Sequence record: PQ308734.1
DNA length: 46,827 nucleotides
Direction: 5' to 3' (one strand)
From: Klebsiella phage vB_Kp_Z1
In this document: piece after piece, positions 24,222-35,072 of the stretch
Layout of the letters: the number at the start of each line of letters is the position of its first letter
Position numbering within the stretch: position 1 is the stretch's first letter
The notes under the pieces: model-generated
What the model saw: only the letters and a program-made list of their open reading frames with translations
Told to the model about the DNA's origin: nothing
Databases searched by the model: none
Made by a program: the position numbers and the translations under genes

Positions 24222-25340
24222 ATGTCTAGCGTTAACAATCTGGTAAACCCTGCTGTCTCAGTCTCTGGTGAGGTAGACACACTACTCATTGAGAAGTTTG
24301 ATGGTCAGGTTAAGTTGGCCTATAAAGAGATGGTCAACATGATGCGCTACTTCGACCTGAAGGAAGTGGTAGGCACTAACTCCGTCTCTAACAAATACAT
24401 GGGTACTACCCAAGTTCAGGGCTTAGCTCCCGGTGCTGATGTAAAAGGCACACAAGTTGAGTTCGACAAAAACCAGCTGGTAATCGACACTGTTGTTATT
24501 GCACGTAACAACGTAGGTATTCTGGCTGATGTTCAGGATGACATCAATACCAAAGGTAAACTGGCAGTAGACCAAGTAGAACAGCTGGGTATGATGGAAG
24601 ACCGTATGCTTATCCAGCAGATTGCTTATGGTGCTATCAAGAACACCAGTGCTAAGCGTACCAAACCTCGTGTACGTGGTCACGGCTTCTCTGTTGATGT
24701 TAAAGTCAAGGCAGAGACTATGGAGTACCCTAACGCTGTTCAGGCTTCTCTTGAGGCTGTTCTGGAAGCTATGGTCAAGCAGAATGTACCTATCCAGAAG
24801 ATTGCAGCAATTATGGATTGGACATACTTCAATACCCTGCGTGATGCAGAGCGTATTGTAAATGCCACCTACACCACTGCCTCTGGTACTACCGTCAATG
24901 GCTTTGTACTGAAGTCTTACAACCTGCCAATCATTCCTACTAACCAGATGCCTAATAAGGCTCGTGACCAACAGGACTTGGATGGCAATACTTCAGCACA
25001 CCACTTGCTGTCTAACGCCAACAACGGCTATCGTTATGACGTGATCTCTGATAAGGGTAATGATGACAATATGGAGAACGTAGTAGCTGTCCTGTTCGGC
25101 TCTGAGGGCCTGATGGTTGGTCGTTCGATCTCACTGCAGGGTAAGATTTGGATGAACGATAATAACAAAACTTGGTACATTGACTCTTGGATGTCTGAGG
25201 GTGCTATTCCTGACCGTTGGGAGCACCTTGGCATTGTGCGTGTGGTAAAAGATGAAAAAGCCTCTGAGGACACTGCAGTCCGTAAGCGTGCTAACCGTAA
25301 GGTTATTCCAGTGTCTAATACCCCACTGACTATTGCTTAA
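24222..25340 (+). CDS. Major capsid protein (gp10-like, 372 aa)
   Basis: Consensus promoter upstream, strong terminator downstream, strong SD, strongly biased codon usage, and a size and position matching T7 gp10. Confidence 0.9.
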   Translation: MSSVNNLVNPAVSVSGEVDTLLIEKFDGQVKLAYKEMVNMMRYFDLKEVVGTNSVSNKYMGTTQVQGLAPGADVKGTQVEFDKNQLVIDTVVIARNNVGILADVQDDINTKGKLAVDQVEQLGMMEDRMLIQQIAYGAIKNTSAKRTKPRVRGHGFSVDVKVKAETMEYPNAVQASLEAVLEAMVKQNVPIQKIAAIMDWTYFNTLRDAERIVNATYTTASGTTVNGFVLKSYNLPIIPTNQMPNKARDQQDLDGNTSAHHLLSNANNGYRYDVISDKGNDDNMENVVAVLFGSEGLMVGRSISLQGKIWMNDNNKTWYIDSWMSEGAIPDRWEHLGIVRVVKDEKASEDTAVRKRANRKVIPVSNTPLTIA

Positions 25341-25356
25341 TTATAAGTGCCATTTT

Positions 25357-25388
25357 GCCCCGTCCTCTTGGATGGGGCTTATTTTTGT
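25357..25388 (+). terminator. Rho-independent terminator after the capsid gene (T-phi analogue)
   Basis: GCCCCGTCC-(5-nt loop)-GGATGGGGC hairpin, then TTATTTTTG. Confidence 0.7.
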
Positions 25389-25399
25389 TAGGAGGCTGA

Positions 25400-26029
25400 A
25401 TGCAGCTCTATGTCAACACAAGACTAGATGCAATTAACTTTGTCCTTAGCTGTATTGGGCTTGCACCAGTTGACTCAGAAGATGATTACAACTTGGATGT
25501 TGCTCAAGCTGGCGGGATGGTTGATAAGGTTTCTAGGACCATTCAAAACAATAAGGGTAGAGGCTATTGGTTTAATCGAGAGGCTAACCACAAGCTTGCT
25601 CCTGACCCTGTAACTGGTAACGTGCTTGTCCCCAATAACACATTAGCTGTCTATCGTTTTGACAACTTCAACAGGCCAGCAAAGATTGCTACTAGAGGGA
25701 GGGCTTTATATGATACAGCTACTCATGGATTTGATATGCGCGGACTTGTTAACAGTGATGGCTTTGTTCACCTAATGCTGGTGACACAGCTTGAGTATGG
25801 TGATTTGCCACAGACTGCTAAGGATGCCATTGCTGCTCAGGCTGGTATGATGTTTGCACGTAGCAATGAGATGGATATGAACCGCATTAAAGTTCTTGCT
25901 GGTGAGGCTGAAGAAGCTATGTGGGGCCTTGAGTGTGAGGAAACCACACAGTCTCAGGCTAATGCTTTCAAAGATAGCAGGAGCATGGCGCAGTTTAACT
26001 TTGTTGTTGGTGGGTATAACGACATTTAG
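25400..26029 (+). CDS. Tail tubular protein A (gp11-like, 209 aa)
   Basis: Size and order after the capsid gene, with AGGAGG upstream. Confidence 0.8.
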   Translation: MQLYVNTRLDAINFVLSCIGLAPVDSEDDYNLDVAQAGGMVDKVSRTIQNNKGRGYWFNREANHKLAPDPVTGNVLVPNNTLAVYRFDNFNRPAKIATRGRALYDTATHGFDMRGLVNSDGFVHLMLVTQLEYGDLPQTAKDAIAAQAGMMFARSNEMDMNRIKVLAGEAEEAMWGLECEETTQSQANAFKDSRSMAQFNFVVGGYNDI

Positions 26030-26034
26030 GAGGT

Positions 26035-28428
26035 TTGATGGCCTATGTAACTACCAGCTATGGCAGACCTATACAGGGTGTGTCACAGCAACCTGACAGG
26101 ATTAGGCTAGAGGGCCAGTGTACCCTACAGGAGAACTTTATACCTGATGTAGTCAAGGGTCTGATTAAGAGGCCATCTACTTATCTTGTCAATAAAATAG
26201 CTGATAAAAGTATAAGCAGTCTGTCTAAGTTCCACTCATATGACAGAGGCGATGAGTCGTACTTCATGCTTATTGAGCCATCCTCTACTACTATAAAAGT
26301 CTTCAACGCAAAGGGAGAACCACAGGTTGTGAATGGCTCTGTAAACTATATACAGACGCAAGACCCTTGGAAGACTTTGGACATGAGGACAATAGGCGAT
26401 TTTACATTCATTACCAATAAGACTGTCCCTGTTAAGATGTCTAGTGAGAGGTCACCAGTTCAGTCAACCTTGGGTATTGTATACTGCCAGTATGCCACCT
26501 ATGGAAAGACTTATAAGATAATGGCTGACGGGGCGACTCTTGCGACCTACACCACAAAGGATGGTGGGTCATCATCTGATATTAATGATGTTGCAACCGA
26601 TAATGTAGCTTTGCAGCTTTATAAGCAGATTCACGGCGACCCAGCAGCTAGCCCTGCCATACCTGCTAACCCCACATATGATGCAGAGTTGCATGATAAT
26701 GTTATATACATAACTAAGAGAGATGGCAGTGACTTTAAACTAACAACAAGTGACTCTCAGAAGGGTGAGGACTTGATTGCAGCAAAAGGCTCTGTTAAAT
26801 CTGTTAACCAGTTACCACCTATTGCACCTAATGGGTTTGTCTTGAGGATTACTGGCGAGGGTAAATCTACTAAGGATGACTACTGGCTTAAGGCTGAGGT
26901 TAGTAATGACTCTAAGATTAGATGGGTGGAATCTGTTCAGCCAAACATCTTAATAGCCTTTGATGCCAACACAATGCCACATGTACTAATTAGGGAATCC
27001 ATTAGTAATGGTGTAGCTACTTTCACGCTAAAGCCAGCTGATTGGGATAAACGTCAAGTGGGTGGCGAGGATAGTAACCCATTGCCAAGCTTTATAGATG
27101 AAGACAACCCAATGCCGATTCAGGCAACTGGCGTATTTCAGAACAGACTATTTTTCCTAGCTGGTGAGGCTTGGATAGCTTCAAGGTCTAATCTGTTCTT
27201 CAACTTCTGGCGTGAGTCAACACAGGCTGAGGTCGATACAGACCCGCTAGATGGGTATGCAGATACCGATAGGGTTAATAGTCTTTATCAGTACCAGATA
27301 CTTAATGGCTCCTTGGCTATATTTGCTGACCAAGCTCAGTTTATTATTGATGGCTCTAAGCCAGTGACCAAAGCTAACTTGACACTACAGCAAGTTACTG
27401 CATACCCAAACAACATCCATGTACAACCGCAGGCTGGTGGCGAGAATATCTTCTTTGCTTATGATGCAAGTGGGTTTACTGGAATCCGTGAGCTGTTCAC
27501 TGATAACTACACAGATACCAAGAAAGCCTACCCAATAACTGACTATGTTAGTAAGTACATAGAAGGTCAATGCACACAGCTGCTCGCTTCCCCTAACTTC
27601 AACTCTATGATGATTAGAACAGAAGCTAATCCATCTGTTGTATATGTGTATGACTGGCTGTGGCAAGCTGAACAGAAGGTTCAAAGTGCTTGGCATAAGT
27701 GGGTATTTGATGGGAATGTATTGTTCCTGTTCTACCTATCAGACTTGATGTATGTCGTGTACAGCAAGGATAATAAGACCTATGTAGACTACTTACATAT
27801 GGTTAATGACCCTTCTGACTATGGGCTTGATTACTCTATTAAGCTAGACCACAAAGTATCTGTGACTGCTGTATATGATGCAGCTACTAAGAGCTACTCA
27901 ATACAGTTGCCATATAGTAGGGGTGATGTTGTATTCACTGTAGGTGATGGTGGGTATGAGGCTATGATAGGTTCAGCATTTGTTGCTACTTACAAAGGTA
28001 ATGGTCTGTGGGCAACTACAGAACGTATATCCGACAAGAAAGACCTTACAGTAGTTTGTGGGGTTAAGTATAAGTCTAGGTACATTCCTACACAGCCTGT
28101 GGTTAAAGATGCTCGTGACAGAGTTATAGGTCTTGATAGCATTATCATGAGCAACATGTATGTTCATTATGAGCTTACTGGATTCTTGGAAATGGTTGTC
28201 AAACCTAAGCAGGGTCAGGGGCGTGAGTATAGATTCTTTGGCAGGTGGATGGGTTCTGCTAATAACTTAGTAGGCTCACCCATACTGGAGAATGGTACTT
28301 ACAGGGCACCTATCAGACAACGTGCAGAAGACCTTCAGATTATCATCCAATCTGATAGCCATTACCCACTAACCATACGTGACATCGAAATAGATGGCAC
28401 TTTCCACTCACGTAGTAAACGTATATAA
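26035..28428 (+). CDS. Tail tubular protein B (gp12-like, 797 aa)
   Basis: 797 aa against 794 aa for T7 gp12. It immediately follows the gp11-like gene, with AGGAGG upstream. Confidence 0.85.
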   Translation: MMAYVTTSYGRPIQGVSQQPDRIRLEGQCTLQENFIPDVVKGLIKRPSTYLVNKIADKSISSLSKFHSYDRGDESYFMLIEPSSTTIKVFNAKGEPQVVNGSVNYIQTQDPWKTLDMRTIGDFTFITNKTVPVKMSSERSPVQSTLGIVYCQYATYGKTYKIMADGATLATYTTKDGGSSSDINDVATDNVALQLYKQIHGDPAASPAIPANPTYDAELHDNVIYITKRDGSDFKLTTSDSQKGEDLIAAKGSVKSVNQLPPIAPNGFVLRITGEGKSTKDDYWLKAEVSNDSKIRWVESVQPNILIAFDANTMPHVLIRESISNGVATFTLKPADWDKRQVGGEDSNPLPSFIDEDNPMPIQATGVFQNRLFFLAGEAWIASRSNLFFNFWRESTQAEVDTDPLDGYADTDRVNSLYQYQILNGSLAIFADQAQFIIDGSKPVTKANLTLQQVTAYPNNIHVQPQAGGENIFFAYDASGFTGIRELFTDNYTDTKKAYPITDYVSKYIEGQCTQLLASPNFNSMMIRTEANPSVVYVYDWLWQAEQKVQSAWHKWVFDGNVLFLFYLSDLMYVVYSKDNKTYVDYLHMVNDPSDYGLDYSIKLDHKVSVTAVYDAATKSYSIQLPYSRGDVVFTVGDGGYEAMIGSAFVATYKGNGLWATTERISDKKDLTVVCGVKYKSRYIPTQPVVKDARDRVIGLDSIIMSNMYVHYELTGFLEMVVKPKQGQGREYRFFGRWMGSANNLVGSPILENGTYRAPIRQRAEDLQIIIQSDSHYPLTIRDIEIDGTFHSRSKRI

Positions 28429-28437
28429 GGAGGCACT

Positions 28438-29043
28438 ATGGCAGCAACAGCAGCAATAGGTGCATGGGCTGCTGCTAACGCTGGTACTATTGCAGCTGTA
28501 TCTACTGCTGTTTCAGTGGCGGCTACAGCTTCTCAATTTTACTCACAGAGCCAGCAGGCAAAGGCACAAGCTGAAGCAGTTAGCCAGCAGAATGAGCAGC
28601 TAGCAAAGCAGGCCGTTGAGTCCTATGATGACCTGACACCTGCTGAGATTGATGCTCAGCGTAATGCAGCTGACATGGAGCTACAGCAACAAGCTGAGGC
28701 TCTACAAGCTAAGGGTAGGGTTAACGTATTCGCAGCAGCATCCGGTACGGCTGGTCAAAGTGTTGATAGTATGCTTTTCAATATCGACGCTATTAGGGCT
28801 CGCAATACTAATGAGATACTCAAACAGCGTGAGGCAGGCTTGTTTAGCATTAAGCAGCAAGCTGAACAATCACGCCAAGGTGCGATAAGTAATATGAGCC
28901 GAGGGGCTATCCAGCGTCCATCATGGATCGAGGCTGGCCTTAAGATGGGTACTCAGGCTGTAAGTGGGTTGTCCAGCTACAATCAGAAGTATCAAGACAC
29001 CTTCAGTAAGCAAGAGAAGGCAACAGTGAGGAGTAGCGTTTAA
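28438..29043 (+). CDS. Internal virion protein (gp14-like, 201 aa)
   Basis: Ala-rich hydrophobic N-terminus followed by a Q/A-rich helical region. Position and size fit T7 gp14. Confidence 0.6.
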   Translation: MAATAAIGAWAAANAGTIAAVSTAVSVAATASQFYSQSQQAKAQAEAVSQQNEQLAKQAVESYDDLTPAEIDAQRNAADMELQQQAEALQAKGRVNVFAAASGTAGQSVDSMLFNIDAIRARNTNEILKQREAGLFSIKQQAEQSRQGAISNMSRGAIQRPSWIEAGLKMGTQAVSGLSSYNQKYQDTFSKQEKATVRSSV

Positions 29044-31187
29044 TGGTGCAGCGTACAGAAGTTCAGGGTATGCAGCAGCTAGCAACGGGGCAGGTTAGTA
29101 GACCTGCTCAGGTTGTTCGCAGAGCTGTTGAGCCTATTGATGATTCTAAGGTAAAGAGCTATGAAACAACTAACCGCATCTTAGGTGCGCTTGGTGAGTT
29201 TGTAGATGCATCAAGTGAAGCTGCTTACAAGCAAGCTCAGATTGATGTAGAGAAGAAGAAGATTAGCGGTATGGCTACCGCAGTCTCTGGTGGAAAGTTA
29301 GGTGAGGAAGCCACCAAAGCTGAGTTGATGGGCTATGACTTAGTTCAGTCTCAATCTGAGTTGGCAGCAGTTAACGAGGAGTTATCCAAAGCTATCATGG
29401 CTCAGCCTGATATGGATGATGAGACTTACTCTAAGATGCGTGATGCTAAGTACGGTGACTTGCTGTCTAAGTATCAAGACCGTGACCCTAATGTGTTCAA
29501 GGCCATTTCTATCAAGGCTCAGGAAAGCCAAAGTGTCCTGTTCAACATCAGAACAAGAGCACAGAAAGAGTACAGGGATTACAAGGCTAAAGAAACCTTA
29601 AACTATAATATCAATAGTCAGCTTGATGGGGCTAGGTCCGTTGAGCAAGGTATTAACTTAATCCACCAGTACATGCATCAGGGCATGGCTATGGGATTGA
29701 GCGAACCTGTTATTAAGGACATGCTTTTCCAGAATATGAAGCTGACAGCAGCTAACGGTGACAATCGCCTGCTTACATTCATGCAGAATATGGACTGGAG
29801 TAAATATGCACCTGATACACAGCAAGCTCAGAAGCTCTATAAATCTTATGTGGATGAAGCCCAAGCCAAGTATGAAGCTGCGCTACAGAAGCAGAATGTA
29901 TTTGCTTATGGGGCTATGTATGCTGAGCTAGAGACAGCTGCTAAGAATGGTACTCCACCAGAGCAGCTTATGCAGATGATGCAGGGTATGCAGGCTAAGG
30001 GTCTTAAGTTCACGCCTTCAAGTGTGGCTAGCTACCTAACAATGGGGCAGAACATTAGCAAGTCTGAGGCTGCCTTACGTGGTAATGTGGCTACATGGCA
30101 ACAGAATCGTGGTCAGTTTAATCTAGCACAGAATCCATTCATTCCCACTGATGATAAGAAGAAGGTGCTAGATGCTGCTGAGTCTGCTGTGATTGAGCAA
30201 TCGCAGAATGTTCCAGATGAGCAGCGTGGTGACTTTGTTATATCTAACCTTATTCGCTTGTCAGCTCAAGAGGGTATGCCAGTTAAGACTATTGGCACTG
30301 CATTGCAAAGTCTAGCAACACTAGACACTAACGCTACTATGACCCCATCCACCCAGCTTTGGACTAAGTACCTTATGGCTGCTGATGACCAGACTATCAG
30401 GATGAATGTACCTAGCGAGCAAGACCAAGCATTCCTGTTTGGGTTGCGTGATGTTCTGGCTAATAACCAAGGTCAGGATGGGGACTTGATGCTTAAGACT
30501 GCAATTACCCGTGGGCAGCAGGTTAGGGATAATAAGGTTCCACTAACGACACAGCAGACTAACACCTTGCGTAGTAAGTCACTGTCTAATGTTAAGGACT
30601 TTAAAGACCCTACTCAAACCACTTGGTATTTCCGAGCTGAGAGCCTACCTACACAGGTTAGGGATTATGTGGCTAATCGGGTTAATGCAAAAGCTAAGAG
30701 TCTGTATGCAGTAACTGGTAACACTGACAAAGCTGTTGAGCTTGCAACCAAAGAGTTCAAGAATAACAACATGATTCTTAGTGGTGGTGTGGTAGCTAAC
30801 ATTGGTGTTAGGCAGCTTGCTGGGTTCATCCCTGAGTTTGCCCAGAAGGGTGATGATGCTGAGATGGTTCAACGTAGAGCTGTATCCGCATTGGACTATA
30901 AGCTCGATAACATCATCAAACAGCAATCTAAGTCTGATGGTATTGATTACAAGCGTGAGGATGTAAATGTCATGTTCTCCAACTCTGGTCATACTTATCA
31001 GGTTAACGTGGGTGGACTAACAGTTGGCACATACTTCACAAGCGACTTAAAGAATGACTTCAATGAACAATTCTTTAAGCAGTGGAATGCTGAACAGGAT
31101 AAGCAGCTCGGTATTTCCAAGCGGTTCCGTCAGTTTGAGGAAACTAAAGACCTTCAACGCAAGGTGCAGCAGATAATGCCTAAATAA
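29043..31187 (+). CDS. Internal virion protein (gp15-like, 714 aa)
   Basis: ATGG overlap with the previous gene. Size close to T7 gp15 (747 aa). Confidence 0.75.
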   Translation: MVQRTEVQGMQQLATGQVSRPAQVVRRAVEPIDDSKVKSYETTNRILGALGEFVDASSEAAYKQAQIDVEKKKISGMATAVSGGKLGEEATKAELMGYDLVQSQSELAAVNEELSKAIMAQPDMDDETYSKMRDAKYGDLLSKYQDRDPNVFKAISIKAQESQSVLFNIRTRAQKEYRDYKAKETLNYNINSQLDGARSVEQGINLIHQYMHQGMAMGLSEPVIKDMLFQNMKLTAANGDNRLLTFMQNMDWSKYAPDTQQAQKLYKSYVDEAQAKYEAALQKQNVFAYGAMYAELETAAKNGTPPEQLMQMMQGMQAKGLKFTPSSVASYLTMGQNISKSEAALRGNVATWQQNRGQFNLAQNPFIPTDDKKKVLDAAESAVIEQSQNVPDEQRGDFVISNLIRLSAQEGMPVKTIGTALQSLATLDTNATMTPSTQLWTKYLMAADDQTIRMNVPSEQDQAFLFGLRDVLANNQGQDGDLMLKTAITRGQQVRDNKVPLTTQQTNTLRSKSLSNVKDFKDPTQTTWYFRAESLPTQVRDYVANRVNAKAKSLYAVTGNTDKAVELATKEFKNNNMILSGGVVANIGVRQLAGFIPEFAQKGDDAEMVQRRAVSALDYKLDNIIKQQSKSDGIDYKREDVNVMFSNSGHTYQVNVGGLTVGTYFTSDLKNDFNEQFFKQWNAEQDKQLGISKRFRQFEETKDLQRKVQQIMPK

Positions 31188-31201
31188 TAGAGAGGTGAGT
31201 T

Positions 31202-34200
31202 ATGGCAGATACAAGCGTACCCCAAGAGCAAAGCTTTGGCGACCTCTTTGGGGCTGCTGCTCGTAATAATTGGATATTACAGCAAAAGCAACAATCAGAG
31301 GACTTGATGACTTATGGTACGCCTGTTGAGGGCTACAAGCCTAGCTATGAGGATGTCAGCAAGATCACAACTGATTACAAGCTAACAGATGAGCAATCAA
31401 AAGTCCTCTCAGGCTCTATGAGTCCTGAGGAGCTACAGTACCGAGCTAAGGTATTTAAGGACAACAACGACAGAAAGAAGACTCTGGATAATGCTGGATG
31501 GAAAGGTGTGGCAGCTGAGGTTCTCAGCTATGCAGCTGACCCTGTGGTGTTGCCAACATATGCACTGAAGACACCTATGGTAGTAGGTCAAATTGCTACT
31601 AAGCTTGGCTTCCAGTTCTCCAAGACTGCTGTCACGGGAGCCATTGAAAGGGCTGTTGGTGCAGGTATCGTAGGTGGTGCAACTGGCTTAGGTCAGGAAG
31701 CTGTTCTGTCTATGTACGACCCTAACCGTGATGTCAATGATGTTGTGTTAGCTGGCATATCGGGTGTGATTGGTGGTGCTGCATTCTCCAGCTTAGCTGA
31801 TGGTGGTGCAGCTATCTTTGAGCGGCTAACAGCTAAGCGTCAGCTTGGTAGGGCTATGGATGAAGCTGTTGAAGCATTTGATTGGGATAACAGCATTAAC
31901 CTAGTTAACTCAGCTGACCATGAGCTTACTGGAGCCTCTATGGGTCGCATCGAGAATACTCAGTATGGCAAATACTTTGACATGCTTCAGGGTGAGATAC
32001 CCGATGAACTAGCTCGCAAGCGTGTGCTAACAGAGGGAGATGCAATCAACAAACTGATTGATGACCTCACACCAACTGCTGAGGCTCGTATGTCTCGCGG
32101 TCAGCGTATGGAGGCAGAGGCACAGATTAAGGCCACCTCTCACGACATAGAGCTTATCGCACAAAGACTAGCAGAGGTTGAGGCAACTGTTCCAGTTGGC
32201 TCTGGTAAGATATTGTCTAAGGCTAGACAGGATAGGGCTGCTGAGCTTAGCAGCTTGCGGTCACAACTTGATAACTTACGAGCACAGGTTGTTACCAAGC
32301 AAACTGAGCTTGCCCCTCACACAACTGGTGAGTATGCAGAGGCTGTTGGTGACATCAGCAGGCTTAAACAGGGCATTATCCCTGATAGGCTTAAAGAGCG
32401 ATACCTTGACCTGATAACACCAGAAGACCCTGCACCAGCTTTCAATGAGGCTGTTACTGGCTTACCACCAGTTAAAGAGGAGCAGGTTGTATTACCTGAG
32501 CAAGCAGCACAAGAAGCTGCTAAGCCAGTTGAGCAGCCAGATACATCAATTGGTGCAGCAGAGGTTAAGGATTCCATCATCTTCCCTGACACTGAGGGAA
32601 AGGAGATTAGTGATACTTACGCTAATGTGCTTGGTGGATTACAGAAGATTGGTGAGAAGATTCCAGTAACTAAGGTTGCTGGCTCAACTGCCCTGTATAC
32701 CAGAGTCATGGCGGGTACTAAGGATAATACCCTGCGCGGTATAGCTTCTCTTGTATTCAATGACCCTCATGGCATCAAGGGTGCTCCACAATCTGCTATC
32801 GCTTTCTCTGACACTATGCGTACCTCTATCATGCCTAAGGCATTCTTTATTGAGAATACAGCCAAGGAACAGTACCTCAAGCAGCTTGGGGTTAATCCAT
32901 TATTCCAAGCTGGTAAGTACAATGAGGAGCTTATTAAGTTCGACCGCAACATTATGCTACGCATGACAGAGCTGACTGACACTGTTATTGGTGATGCAGA
33001 TGATGCAATTACCAGAGCTGCTAAAGCCCGTGCTCAGGCTTATGCTGAATCACTTAAGCTTATGAAGCGTTATGGTGTTCGTGGTTTTGAGAATGTGGGG
33101 GAACGTGCAAGCTATACACCAGTGACCTTCGGCAAGAACGACATCACATCAGCCCTCGACCAGTTTGGGGAAGACGCTGTACGTGAGGTTCTGGCTCGTG
33201 GTTATATGACAGGTAAGATTCCTCTGTCAGCTAAGTCAGCTCGCTTGGTAGCTGATAACACACTTGAGCGTTACTACCGTAAGTCAGGTAAGGTAGCAGC
33301 AGTCAAGCCTACTGAATCTATCAGTGGTAAGATTGCTGAGGCTGTCAATGAATTACGCGAGGGCGGTGTATCTGATAGTGAAATCAGGACTGTTATTAAT
33401 ATGCTTCAGGATAAGGCGCATGATGAGTCCATCTCCGCTCGTGCCATGCAATCACTACACCCTAACTTAGCAGCTGAAACCGCTGATGGCTTGCGATTCG
33501 TTGACTTGGTGGACTCATCAACAGCTGGTGTGGATAAGTATGTACGAGATGCAGCAGCACAGGCTGCCTTTGCCAAGTATGGTATGCGCTCACGCCGTCA
33601 GGTGGAGGATACCATCACCGAGGCATTCAAGCGCCATCGCCAGCAGCTTACTGAGCTAACTGACAACTATAATCGAGCTAAGGAAAGGTTATCAAAGATT
33701 GACCGTAGTAAAGCCTTACCTTCTATTGTTTCAGAACTTGAGAAGACTATTAAGGACTATGAGCGCTTGGGTGATATTAACAAGTATCGTAAGTTTTTAG
33801 ATAGCTATGAAGAAGACTTCTTCAATGGTGTCAAGGTTACTTTTGGTGAACCCGTTGAGCAGGCTAACAGCATTGCTTATGCCGCTAGCTCTACTGGTAA
33901 ACTGGTTAACCTTATGATGCTGGGCTTCTCTGGACTTGCTCAGGTAGCTGACTTGGGAGTGACCATAGCTCGTAGTGGTGTTGGTGCTACTCTGCGTAAC
34001 TTGCCAACTACTCTGTATCATGGCGTCAGGTCATTGCTGCCGTCTGCTCGTTACTTTGAAACTAATAATCAGCTCAGCAATATGGCTGAGATATTTGGAA
34101 CTGTTAGTCATCAAGACTATCTGTTTGGTCACAAGATGTTGAAAGGTGCTGAGTATGGTGATGCGGTTATTGGACAGGTATCTAAAGCTGATAAGGTTCT

Positions 34201-35065
34201 GGACAACATTGGTTGGCTGCAAAGCACTATGTCATTCCTTCGACCGATGCAGGGTATGATTGATGAGCTATCTGCTCGTAGCATCATGACCAATATAGTT
34301 GACCTGTCTAAGAATGGGATGTTCACTGGCAAAGTTCGCAAGAGCTTCCTTGAGCTTGGTAAAATGTCCGAGGATTCACTTGATGCCAGTATGACTCACA
34401 TCAAGTCTCAGATGGGTTCTGGTAAGGACATCTTTGAAGCTATCCGCACTCTTGACCCTAAGCTGCGTGATGAGCTTGGTACAGCTATTCGCACCATCCA
34501 CACATTCAACATCGGCCGCTCTTACTACGGTGAGCTTCCAGCATTTACTAACCAATCGCTTGGTAAGATTTTCATGAAGCTTCAGTCATTCGCACTGGTA
34601 GCTTATGAGAAGTCCATTCAGCGTGGTTTCCGTAATGACCAAGCCGGACTAGTCGCAGCAACTGCTTGGTCAGCTGGGTTGGCCTACCTGTGGTCTGAGG
34701 TAGATGTTCGTGCTCAGTCACTCAAGCAGCCTGAGGCTAAGCGTGATGAGTACGTTCGTAAGCGCCTTGAGGATGAGATGGCTTATACAGTGGCAGGCCG
34801 TATGTCCCAGCTGGCTGTGCTGAGTACACTTGCTCAGGTTATGAACGTAGCTAACCCGTATCAGGATAGCGTACTCAAACCGTTTGGTGAGTATCGCGGT
34901 GTTGCAGCAGGTGGCGCTATCAGCAAGGTTGGTCAGGCAGCAGCTGCTGGCACACGGCTTGCAACAGACCAGTCAGTAGACCCTGATGCTGATATGTATA
35001 AAGTCTATGGAGCTGTACCGCTATTGAACACTGCAATAGGTATGGCAATCCTCAACACATTATAG
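31202..35065 (+). CDS. Internal virion / ejection protein (gp16-like, 1287 aa), with no recognisable N-terminal SLT motif
   Basis: Size close to T7 gp16 (1318 aa). The N-terminus lacks the TES..GLMQ transglycosylase signature; that signature is found instead in the separate gene 43250. Confidence 0.8.
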   Translation: MADTSVPQEQSFGDLFGAAARNNWILQQKQQSEDLMTYGTPVEGYKPSYEDVSKITTDYKLTDEQSKVLSGSMSPEELQYRAKVFKDNNDRKKTLDNAGWKGVAAEVLSYAADPVVLPTYALKTPMVVGQIATKLGFQFSKTAVTGAIERAVGAGIVGGATGLGQEAVLSMYDPNRDVNDVVLAGISGVIGGAAFSSLADGGAAIFERLTAKRQLGRAMDEAVEAFDWDNSINLVNSADHELTGASMGRIENTQYGKYFDMLQGEIPDELARKRVLTEGDAINKLIDDLTPTAEARMSRGQRMEAEAQIKATSHDIELIAQRLAEVEATVPVGSGKILSKARQDRAAELSSLRSQLDNLRAQVVTKQTELAPHTTGEYAEAVGDISRLKQGIIPDRLKERYLDLITPEDPAPAFNEAVTGLPPVKEEQVVLPEQAAQEAAKPVEQPDTSIGAAEVKDSIIFPDTEGKEISDTYANVLGGLQKIGEKIPVTKVAGSTALYTRVMAGTKDNTLRGIASLVFNDPHGIKGAPQSAIAFSDTMRTSIMPKAFFIENTAKEQYLKQLGVNPLFQAGKYNEELIKFDRNIMLRMTELTDTVIGDADDAITRAAKARAQAYAESLKLMKRYGVRGFENVGERASYTPVTFGKNDITSALDQFGEDAVREVLARGYMTGKIPLSAKSARLVADNTLERYYRKSGKVAAVKPTESISGKIAEAVNELREGGVSDSEIRTVINMLQDKAHDESISARAMQSLHPNLAAETADGLRFVDLVDSSTAGVDKYVRDAAAQAAFAKYGMRSRRQVEDTITEAFKRHRQQLTELTDNYNRAKERLSKIDRSKALPSIVSELEKTIKDYERLGDINKYRKFLDSYEEDFFNGVKVTFGEPVEQANSIAYAASSTGKLVNLMMLGFSGLAQVADLGVTIARSGVGATLRNLPTTLYHGVRSLLPSARYFETNNQLSNMAEIFGTVSHQDYLFGHKMLKGAEYGDAVIGQVSKADKVLDNIGWLQSTMSFLRPMQGMIDELSARSIMTNIVDLSKNGMFTGKVRKSFLELGKMSEDSLDASMTHIKSQMGSGKDIFEAIRTLDPKLRDELGTAIRTIHTFNIGRSYYGELPAFTNQSLGKIFMKLQSFALVAYEKSIQRGFRNDQAGLVAATAWSAGLAYLWSEVDVRAQSLKQPEAKRDEYVRKRLEDEMAYTVAGRMSQLAVLSTLAQVMNVANPYQDSVLKPFGEYRGVAAGGAISKVGQAAAAGTRLATDQSVDPDADMYKVYGAVPLLNTAIGMAILNTL

Positions 35066-35072
35066 GAGGCGT